Shown: piece after piece, positions 56,101 to 64,000 of the stretch
How positions within the stretch are numbered: position 1 is the first letter of the stretch
Layout of the letters: each line of letters begins with the position of its first letter
Assembly (NCBI GenBank): GCA_963729045.1
Contig: CAVSMN010000010.1
Location: forward strand, 106,559-170,558
Length of the DNA stretch: 64,000 nucleotides
Origin: an uncultured Nitrososphaeraceae archaeon
GTDB lineage: Archaea > Thermoproteota > Nitrososphaeria > Nitrososphaerales > Nitrososphaeraceae
Direction: 5' to 3'
The notes under the pieces: generated by a model
Told to the model about the DNA's origin: nothing
What the model saw: the letters and a program-made list of their open reading frames with translations, nothing else
Database searches by the model: none
Program-made: the position numbers and the translations under genes

Positions 56101-57291
56101 GCAACTCGGGCTTCTTCAGCTCGCTTTTCGGCGACTCATCAGCCGTCGTATGGTACATGCGCTACGTCGGCTGGAACTTGAACACGGTCCATCAAACCGG
56201 CTCGAACATGGGAAGTGACCAGAAGCACGACAACCCGTTTCTCTGCAATATCGGCAGCGGCACGATGATTTCGGACGGGCTCAAGATGATGAACATGCAG
56301 ATGTCGCCGACGTCGTTCCGGCTTGCCGAGTCGAAGATAGGCGACAACAACTTTCTGGGCAACGGTATCTCCTACCCACCGAATGGTCGCACCGGATCCA
56401 ACGTCCTGTTCGGGACCAAGACATTGGTCCCGATCGACGGCCCGGTGCGCGAGAATGTCGGGCTACTTGGTTCGCCGGCCTTCGAGATTCCGCGCAACGT
56501 CTGCCGTGATCGCGACATATGTGCCTCGTTCGACGAGCAGACACGTCTCGCCCGTCTCCGCCGCAAGAACATGTACAATTTCGTCACAGCCTTGATCTTC
56601 ATCACAAGCCAGTGGGTGGTAGTGGCTGCCGCGTTAATGCTCACGCGAGTCGCAATTGCGAACATCGATCATTTCGGCACCTTCGTGTTCTTCGGAGCCA
56701 GCGTGGCGGATATTGGATTGAACATGGCCTTCCTCATCGTGCTCGAGCGCGCGATTATGAGATTCAAGCGACTCAAGCCGCGGCTCGCCTCGATCTACGA
56801 TCCGTATTTCTGGTGGCATGAAAGGCACTGGAAGTTAAATCGCTTTCCCAATCTTGACCATGTTCGCCGGCACCCCGTTTCGCGGAATACTGCTTCGCGC
56901 CATGGGCATGAAGGTCGGTGCCAAGCTGTTCGATTGCAGTTTGGGTATCCCGGAACGCTCGCTGATCGAGGTTGGCGACTACACCAATCTGAACGAGGGT
57001 TGTGTGTTGCAGGCACATTCGCTAGAGGAAGGCGTTTTCAAGTCGGACTATATCCGGCTCGGCAACAGGTGCTCGGTCGGCCCGGGGGCCTTAGTTCACT
57101 ACGGCGTCAGCACCGGAGACGACGTCGTGCTCGACGCCGATTCGTTCCTGATGAAGGGCGAGATCCTGGATTCTCATACGGAGTGGTGCGGAAATCCGGC
57201 CAAGTTGGTGCGCCGTCATGTAGCTCGGGCAGAGGTTTGCGTCCAGGACGTCGCCGACACCACCGCCCGAAATGACTTCGCCCCACAATGA
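53117..57291 (+). CDS. Pls/PosA-family single-module membrane NRPS (A-T-TM/terminal domains), two frameshifts (~53839, ~56845)
   Basis: YTSGTTGNPKG, FDFSV, NTYGPTE, YRTGD, GRIDTQVKIRGYRIE, T-domain LGANSL, TM helices and hexapeptide-repeat blocks (LRLMGARIG, LRAMGMKVG). Confidence 0.9.
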
Positions 57292-57742
57292 GCGACAAGA
57301 TCAGATGCTAAAGAAGATGACCACCGACAATTGGGAAGCGGTGGTCGAGATTGAGCTCCGTGCCGGCCAGGAAGACTTGATGGCGAGCAATTCTATTCGG
57401 TTGCCGAGGCGCAGTTCGATCCCGACACGCGCCCGCGCTGCTGTTTATGCCGAGAAGCACGTCGTCGGCTTTCTGATGTATGACGTACAGAAAAAGAAGG
57501 GCAAGGCGCAGAAAGCCTCGATCTATAACTTCATGATCGATTGGAAGCACCAAGACAAAGGCTATGGTCGCGCCGCGCTGAGCAAGGCTCTGCAGGAGAT
57601 CCGAGCGATCCCGGGGGTGAACAGGATATCGATTCGCTATATGCCAGAAAATCCGATTGCGAAGCCGTTCTATATCATCTTCAGATTCGTGGAGGTGGGT
57701 CGGGACCGCGATGGCGACGTGATCGCGGTTTTGAAACTATAA
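57288..57742 (+). CDS. GNAT N-acetyltransferase (BltD/polyamine acetyltransferase-like) with indels
   Basis: DNWEAVVEIEL, VGFLMY, FMIDWKHQDKGYGRAAL, YMPENPIAKPFY; ATGA overlap with NRPS stop. Confidence 0.8.
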
Positions 57743-58377
57743 TGTCAGACGGTACAGTCGATTACTCGCTGAAGCGAGCAATCGAATCCCTCTCCTTGCC
57801 TGGTCTGCTGATCGGCCATCGTGTGATTTCGCAAGGCGATGAGCTCGCGCTGCTCCACGAAGAGATGGCGTCGTTATCCTTCCCTACAATCGAGAGGCGC
57901 CGTGCCAGCGGCGCCGCACGACGTGTGGCGCGCGAACTGATGAACTCGATGGGCTTTTCCGGCCTTCCGATCCTCAGGAGCACATTTGGCGCCCCGATCT
58001 GGCCCGCCGGGGTCGTAGGCTCGATGGCACATGATGATCGAATTGCTGTTGCCGCTGTCGGGCTGCGGCGTGACGTGGAAGCGGTCGGCATCGATATAGA
58101 AACTGTCGCGCCGTTGCCGCCGGACATGCTCGAGCTGATCGCCACACCGCGGGAGCGGCATGCGATTGCTGATAACCCATTGGGGGTAAAAATTCTTTTC
58201 GTCATCAAGGAGGCAGTCTACAAGGCGGTCTATCCGCTCGATCATGAGTTTCTGGATTTTCACGATATCGAGGTCGACTTTGCCGGCCGGCTCGCGACGA
58301 CCCAAGCCGGACGCACGCTCGCGCTCCACTGGTGCGTTTTCTCTCACGTGCTGGTCGTGGCGACGATTCATATCTGA
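57742..58377 (+). CDS. 4'-phosphopantetheinyl transferase (EntD/Sfp-type)
   Basis: GAPIWPAGVVGSMAH, VGIDIE, FVIKEAVYKA; ATG overlaps GNAT TAA. Confidence 0.92.
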   Translation: MSDGTVDYSLKRAIESLSLPGLLIGHRVISQGDELALLHEEMASLSFPTIERRRASGAARRVARELMNSMGFSGLPILRSTFGAPIWPAGVVGSMAHDDRIAVAAVGLRRDVEAVGIDIETVAPLPPDMLELIATPRERHAIADNPLGVKILFVIKEAVYKAVYPLDHEFLDFHDIEVDFAGRLATTQAGRTLALHWCVFSHVLVVATIHI

Positions 58378-58599
58378 CCACTATCACAAATTAAGGAATA
58401 GTCACAATTCTGGCATTCCCATCCAGGTTTTGGATTAAATTCCCTTTTCTAATGGATTCAACAATTGAAATCATTTATCCTTTATTTTTATTATATCTTA
58501 ATCTGTAATTTCAATCATTATTTTCTTTTTTTCACGGAGAAACTGGCATCTACTTTTTGTGGTTTTTTCCATACGAATTTTCTTCCACTGATGAATAAA

Positions 58600-59275
58600 T
58601 TACAAATTGCATGTCTTCATTTAGCTTATTTTTACTTAGCGGTTCTTGATGTCTTGTAATCGATAACTATAAAATCATCTTTATCTTTTATTATTTCTTT
58701 ATACTCTATTTTGTTAACAACTTTTTTTATTTTATCAAAATCCTGTTCTAAGATCGCATCTAAAATCTCTTTAATGTTGATGTCTGTTGATTTTGTTTTA
58801 GCAAAATAAAGTATTTTCTCTATTGCACTTTGATATTTACCTCATTATTGATATCAGCGACTATCCTCTTTGTTAATTCGTCATGGGCATCCAATTTATC
58901 AACCCATGAATTTTCTATTTCAAAATCTTCATACACTATGCACGTCTTTTATTTGTAGTTCTTATCAGCTAAAAATCTAAATAGTTTTGAATTTGTTAAA
59001 TTATTTCTTTATTTTTTGACACAAGGTAACATTTTATCCGTTGCCCTTGTTATTGCAACTTACATTAACTTTCTTTCCTCCTGAATGTGTTGATCTTTCT
59101 CAGAAAGATTAGGTTGAATTCCTTTTAACAGTGTTAGGGTGCTAGGGACAATAAATTTATCTTTTATATATAAAGAAGGAAACTTTCTTTCAATTATATC
59201 TATTATAAACACCACAGGAAATTCCATTCCCTTTGAAGCGTGTACTGTCATAACTTTTATTGCATCCTCATCGCT
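58600..59275 (-). pseudogene. UvrD/AddA-like helicase-nuclease remnant
   Basis: VMTVHASKGMEFPVVFI, EERKLM*VAITRA, downstream FIVIDYKTS. Confidence 0.8.
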
Positions 59276-59289
59276 ATTTGTTTCCTGTG

Positions 59290-59478
59290 AGTAAGTTGTT
59301 GTTGTTTGAGTAGCAACGGGCATCCCTCTAGTATATCATTAGATTGATCCTCGAGAGTAAGACATGGTATGGGACAACCAATATCATCGATAAAACTAGC
59401 CCCTTCAAATGTTTCATTTGAACAAGGATTGTTTTGCTCGGATTGGGTATCAGACGATTGATCATTATTATCAGTCAC
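59290..59478 (-). repeat. ~190-bp diverged direct duplicate of 46020-46210
   Basis: TDNNDQSSDTQSEQNN.CSNET shared at DNA and protein level. Confidence 0.9.
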
Positions 59479-59497
59479 CTCCTATGATCTTGTCGAT

Positions 59498-59731
59498 TTG
59501 AAAACCAAATTTACCGAATGGTATTATTTAGAAGGAGGTGGAATTTTTTTGACTGAAATAGACCAAAAAATGTATACTAATTTTGTTAGGGAAATTGAAT
59601 GTCTGATAACAAGGTCGGGTTTTTTTATCGAAGAAAAAGAATTGGAAAAATTAAGAGAACTTGTGAGTGCATTCCGTTCAAACCTTCTTCAAAGTATAGG
59701 TACAAGAGAAGAATCACAATACCACAATTAA
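59498..59731 (+). CDS. hypothetical protein fragment
   Basis: 77-aa TTG-start ORF. Confidence 0.35.
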   Translation: MKTKFTEWYYLEGGGIFLTEIDQKMYTNFVREIECLITRSGFFIEEKELEKLRELVSAFRSNLLQSIGTREESQYHN

Positions 59732-59807
59732 TTGCAAAAAAATGCCCATCGATATCTTTATCCTCAATTTAAGAGATTCTTATGAAGTGACATATTATAG
59801 TAAAACC

Positions 59808-59874
59808 TCGCGGGTTCAAATCCCGTACTTCGCACCTCTTCTTTTCTCTAAAGGATTTGAACCCGCTTGTATAC
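59808..59874 (+). repeat. tRNA-3'-derived ~65-bp TIR element, opposite orientation
   Basis: gcgggttcaaatcccgtacttcgcacc...ggatttgaacccgcttgtatac. Confidence 0.95.
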
Positions 59875-59929
59875 ACTGTGCATCTATCGATCAATTAGGT
59901 AATTAGATTCTTTATTATATCATGAATAA

Positions 59930-60418
59930 TTGTTTTTATACCAAATATTTGATAAAACCTTAATGAATTATGGAATATTTACCCTTAGATTTATAGTTGT
60001 TATTCTTGGTGGATTATTGTCCCTATTAGGAACTAGTATTATTGCGGATATGATGCCAAATGAAGCTTTTGCTCCCATTGCCTTCCGATTTGCCCCTCCT
60101 GTTATAACAGGCGAAAATGTCTATGTTACATGGTGGACCAACAATACAGCCAATAACAATGATGAAGTCTTATTTAGAGCATCTACGGATGGTGGTGTTA
60201 CTTTTGGAGATAAGATTAATTTAAGCAACTCTAATAATACTAATTCTACAAGAGCAGAAATAGCCTCAGATGCTGATAGTGTGGTGGTTACCTGGTGGGA
60301 ATCAAATCAAACCTCTGAAACCCCAGTCATGAGAGTTAGTGATGATAATGGAGAAACATTTGGACCTACTTTGATACTTGCTGTTAACGGAACTATTGGT
60401 GTTGCACCGGCAAATTAA
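59930..60418 (+). CDS. short secreted BNR/Asp-box (sialidase-like) repeat protein
   Basis: STDGGVTFG and SDDNGETFG Asp-boxes, signal peptide. Confidence 0.8.
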   Translation: MFLYQIFDKTLMNYGIFTLRFIVVILGGLLSLLGTSIIADMMPNEAFAPIAFRFAPPVITGENVYVTWWTNNTANNNDEVLFRASTDGGVTFGDKINLSNSNNTNSTRAEIASDADSVVVTWWESNQTSETPVMRVSDDNGETFGPTLILAVNGTIGVAPAN

Positions 60419-61447
60419 GATAATTCATTCTACATCAAAAACCTCTTTCTTTTTTTAACAAAAGAATATTGATTCCTGCCAATCATAGGTAATAAATAGA
60501 TAATATTTGTGTTAATACATTGGGACTTGAATTTTGGTCAAGATTTTAATTATGAACAAAATATTACCGACATAGTATTTATAGTTATTATCATATTTAT
60601 TACGGTGCTTGTTGTCTAAGTAGTAACAACTCAAATATTGTTGACTAATTATTTATTAATTTTGTTTATTATTAAATAACATTAATTTGATGGCATTAAC
60701 CTCTGGCGATACATCTGACTTCAAATATCTACTATTATGAAGGCAAATCAGTCTAATTATTTTTTCCATAACTATATCTAATCGAATCCATTGCCTTTTG
60801 CTATTTTATCAGTGGAATATCAACATGATCGGTAGATATTAGAATAAAATTTCAAATCTATTTTCTTTAATTCTATCCATTTATCTCAAGACATTTAGAT
60901 AGAAAATGGTCCTATTTTATATTTCATATATCATTATCTACCTGTAACTAGTAACAAGTAACTATACTCCTTTTTATCCTTTTGCATTTCAAATCCACCT
61001 GATATGGATAAAAAATATTGTTTATGTTATCTAAACTAACTCTTTATTTTGGTACAACAATAATTAGAGTCTCTTTTATAGTAAGGCTTCAAGTTCCACT
61101 CTCTTATTTTTTACCATATTATTGTTATTATATCATTTTTAAAATAACATTAGAATTACTTTCTAAATACTACTGAATTTTCTCTTATTAGCAATTATCT
61201 AATTATTAAACTGTAAAAGAATTTATGATCAGAAAGTTGATATGATTAAATTCTTGTTCTAAGACATTTACTAAAAAAAATAATGAAATTTCAGTCTGTT
61301 AATGAACACAAACTTGCTTGGTTCATAGAGTGCAGGAGAATCATCGGCAACATGAGGATCTCGGTGGACAATACTACGCTTACAGGTTTTCTCGAATGGA
61401 TTTATTTTAGTTCCCACTCGATGGTAGGCTGTAATAGGGGCTTTTCC

Positions 61448-61669
61448 GAATCGTTACCACGGCAACTATGTGAGAGGAGATGATTGAGCCTTTCGCCAGG
61501 TGACCAGCGTAGTACATTATTCCCATGGTTAAGTACTAAACTCTGAGGGGTGTCGAGGCGGCAAATATCTTTCATATTAAATTACTGTGGTGTATGCTTG
61601 AGCAACTAGGAGACATTCTCCTTTTCCGTTGTGTCAAGCATCCTATGCATGTGAACCAATTTACAACAT
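61448..61669 (-). pseudogene. collapsed second copy of the NRPS island (NRPS N-terminus fused to PPTase C-terminus)
   Basis: Hand translation ...ENVS*LLKHTPQ*FNMKDICRLDTPQSLVLNHGNNVLRWSPGERLNHLL|SHIVAVVTI versus island ...EKVAELRPLAQGQPDLNGVCGLSRPQSIVREHASNSIRWAPDERLNHLL and SHVLVVATI. Confidence 0.85.
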
Positions 61670-61779
61670 ATTTTAATTCTTCAAATAAATATACCATAGT
61701 CATAAACTCAAACCTCAATAGTTCCTCCAATCGTATTTTCATTAAAGGATATTATTTAAATACAGTGTAGAAAAGTTTC

Positions 61780-62170
61780 ACATTGGGAATAATTCTAAAT
61801 AAATCTCTAAAATACTCCTAGGCGTCTTTTTTAATCCTTCTACTTTGGTTATGTATGATTACGCTTGGATTACATACAATAAATAAAATTGTAATCCGTA
61901 TGCGCCAAGAATATTTCTATCATCTCTAATATTCCTATTGCAACTTATGGTTAGCATCTATCTAGGTTATCTATTGAAATTATTGAAATTATCAGTTTTT
62001 TCTTTGTTTTCTTCTTACCATTTTTACAATAGCAGATTACAAATTTCAACAAACTGAAAAGAAAGTTTCGTTTTAGGTAACGTTAATGATTCTTTCTTTT
62101 CGGCTTTGAAACTTTCATTCATCTTATCTAGAATACTATTTCCATAAGCTTATTTTTTCGTAATCCTGTT
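61780..62170 (-). pseudogene. KAP-family P-loop NTPase remnant
   Basis: KLIISIISIDNLDRC*P*VAIGILEMIEIFL (Walker B DxLDRCxP signature) with stops. Confidence 0.65.
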
Positions 62171-62336
62171 TTAAATTACTTAAAATTTATTTTTATTTGT
62201 AACACAATTGACATACTCAAATAATAATAATATATTCTAATAAAATAGGTAACAATAACAATATACTCAGAAGGCGGAGTTGGCCTTAGAAGAAGTACCT
62301 GGATTACAAGTAACACTGGATTTTTATCGTGAGCGA

Positions 62337-62390
62337 AGGGATCGCGGGTTCAAATCCCGCACTTTCCACTTTTATCGCGGGATTTGATCA
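62337..62390 (+). repeat. tRNA-3'-derived repeat, hairpin form, opposite orientation
   Basis: agggatcgcgggttcaaatcccgcactttccacttttatcgcgggatttgatca. Confidence 0.93.
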
Positions 62391-63897
62391 TATGAATAAT
62401 AACCATAAGAATATGATGTTCTACTTTTATCAATTATCTCAACTCAAAAAACATTAATTCTCTATAATTAGGATCACATCATCATTTAAATATATTTGCG
62501 ACTATTAATAAGGGAAAATGGATAAAGACGTTCAAAAGATTTTCCGACCGTCTTTGAGAAACAAATTTTTGGTAGAAATTGTAGGTACTTTTATTTTAGT
62601 ATATGCAATTGCTTCTGCTGCAACCGTCTATTCTGATAGTGGACAATTAGGAGTAATTGGAATAGGTTTGGTTCATGCTCTAGTCTTAACAGCTATTGTA
62701 TATGCCATAGGATATCGTTCTGGTGCGCAGGTCAATCCTGCAGTTACAATAGGTCTCTTGGTGGCCAAGAAAATTGGTAGAAAGGAAGCAGTTGTGTACA
62801 TTATTGCTCAGATTATTGGTGCCGTGCTTGCAGCTGCAGTTGTCTATTCAATTTTTGGCTCTGAAATGTCAGCTAGTGTAACATTGCCTTCCGACGGCAA
62901 CATTGTAAGAGCCCTTATCTTAGAAACCGTAATGACATTTACATTGGTATATGTTGTATTGGCCACAACTACCTCTAAGAACTTTAAGATAGTTCCATTG
63001 GCTGGAATAGCCATAGGTTTTACTCTCGGATTCAATGTTATATTCGGAGGCTCAATTACTGGAGGGTCATTAAATCCAGCTCGCTCCTTTGGCCCTGCCT
63101 TAATAACTTGGGATTTTGCTTATCAGTGGATTTATTGGGTAGCACCAATTGCTGGTGGACTAATAGCAGCAGGAGTGGTACAAATTGCTTCATACTGAAG
63201 AGGAAGAGGAAGAGGAAAAACTTCCACCAAAATAATGTTTGTACAAGAACTTGGATTCAGATATGAATGAGGTATTATACACCATACCTGTTTGACGGTC
63301 TCCACAGGTAACAGCCTACAATTAGGATAATGGTAATATGTATACAACAAGCACAAATTCAAACTCTGTCTTTGTAATTGGGTCAATAGTGCCGATTGCA
63401 GAAGACGGACTTGACCAAACTATAGACTCTGGTGTAACCGTGCATTTAGAAGGCGATGGTGGATAACCCCGGGAATTAAACACTGACTTAATAGTGGACT
63501 CGATAATCAGACTTGGAGTCACTCTGAGTAACTCAACAGCAGTAAATTCAATCTTCGCAGCACCCCGAACCATATTCCAACATACATTCGCATTTGAACT
63601 GGTCGTGACAAACAAGCAAGATTTGGTAAGTAAACCCTATAGCGTCACTATAACCGTGGGTTCTAATTTTGAAGGAATAATTGATTCAGGTAACAAATAT
63701 TTTATATCTATGTTCAAGAAAACTCTGGTAATAATGTAGGTGTACAATCTGGTAGTGAAAGTCATGGACGCTTACTCCCCAATCTTCCAAGGACAATCTA
63801 AAGAGCAGGATAGTCAAGTAATATCTTACTTTCAAATCTAAAATTGAACCTACTCATCTAGAGTGGTTTCAAAATGCATCGCTCTAAATTTAAGACA
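62347..63897 (+). repeat. ~1.55-kb module, copy B, bracketed by tRNA-derived repeats
   Basis: Inverted duplicate of 36139-37689. Confidence 0.95.
62518..63198 (+). CDS. aquaporin (MIP family), second copy with a +1 frameshift near the C-terminus
   Basis: Protein identical to 36803-37519 up to GGLIAAGV; ggagtggtac versus ggagtgtac. Confidence 0.93.
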   Translation: MDKDVQKIFRPSLRNKFLVEIVGTFILVYAIASAATVYSDSGQLGVIGIGLVHALVLTAIVYAIGYRSGAQVNPAVTIGLLVAKKIGRKEAVVYIIAQIIGAVLAAAVVYSIFGSEMSASVTLPSDGNIVRALILETVMTFTLVYVVLATTTSKNFKIVPLAGIAIGFTLGFNVIFGGSITGGSLNPARSFGPALITWDFAYQWIYWVAPIAGGLIAAGVVQIASY

Positions 63898-63981
63898 GAG
63901 GGATCGCGGGTTCTTATTCTCTAAGCAAAGGGATTTGAACTATCTAAACACGAAGCAGGTTCAAATCCCGCACTTCGCACC
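63897..63981 (+). repeat. composite tRNA-3'-derived repeat, opposite orientation
   Basis: agagggatcgcgggttc...gggatttgaact...gcaggttcaaatcccgcacttcgcacc. Confidence 0.92.
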
Positions 63982-64000
63982 TGATATTTAGAGATTCTTT

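Larger units (their letters stand above)
53113..58389 (+). mobile_element. horizontally acquired GC-rich island (NRPS-GNAT-PPTase operon)
   Basis: Abrupt switch from AT-rich to roughly 55-60% GC (by eye) at ~53115 and back at ~58380; ATGA/TAATG overlapped genes; no mobility gene inside. Confidence 0.85.

Noticed and set aside
57541..57741. 67-aa N-terminal extension of the PPTase in the ORF track
   Set aside because: Overlaps the GNAT; the TAATG coupling at 57740-57744 gives the likelier start.
53113..58389. Island as simple contamination or chimera
   Set aside because: Not excluded, but disfavoured because a diverged, AT-shifted remnant of the same operon is embedded in host-type DNA at 61448-61669.
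53500..58440. Many overlapping alternative ORFs in the GC-rich island
   Set aside because: Shadow ORFs expected from low stop-codon frequency at high GC; they have no motifs and overlap well-supported genes.
61522..61550. Apparent tRNA-Leu(GAG) D-arm/anticodon fragment (cccatggttaagtactaaactctgagggg)
   Set aside because: Better explained as the antisense of the NRPS N-terminal remnant.
12565..63981. CRISPR array interpretation of the ~27-bp repeats
   Set aside because: Spacing is 0.5-9 kb and irregular, the sequence is tRNA-like, and no cas genes are present.

Overview
AT-rich (roughly 30% GC by eye) accessory region. Gene content (MEDS proteins, PPOX F420 enzyme, secreted gamma-carbonic anhydrase, many small secreted proteins) suggests a soil ammonia-oxidising archaeon, Nitrosocosmicus-like (inference). 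Two main results. (1) About 18 copies of a tRNA 3'-end fragment (T-arm plus acceptor strand, consensus CGGGTTCAAATCCCGCAC(C/T)TCGCACTT) divide the region into modules of one to a few genes. Fifteen sites, counting the anticodon-less tRNA-Leu-like remnant at 51852-51914, are co-oriented on the minus strand and become more degenerate with distance from that remnant. Three point the other way beyond 59.8 kb. Several modules are duplicated with an end at a repeat, the clearest being a 1.55-kb aquaporin unit. This looks like a tRNA-att-based, integron-like cassette array; no intact integrase is visible in the window. (2) A sharply bounded GC-rich island of about 5.3 kb (53117-58377) encodes a Pls/PosA-type membrane-bound single-module NRPS, a GNAT acetyltransferase and a 4'-phosphopantetheinyl transferase. 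A second, AT-shifted copy at 61448-61669 has collapsed so that the NRPS N-terminus is joined to the PPTase C-terminus, which argues for real gene transfer rather than contamination. Frameshifts are frequent across the window and some may be assembly errors. All family calls are by motif recognition; no database searches were run.
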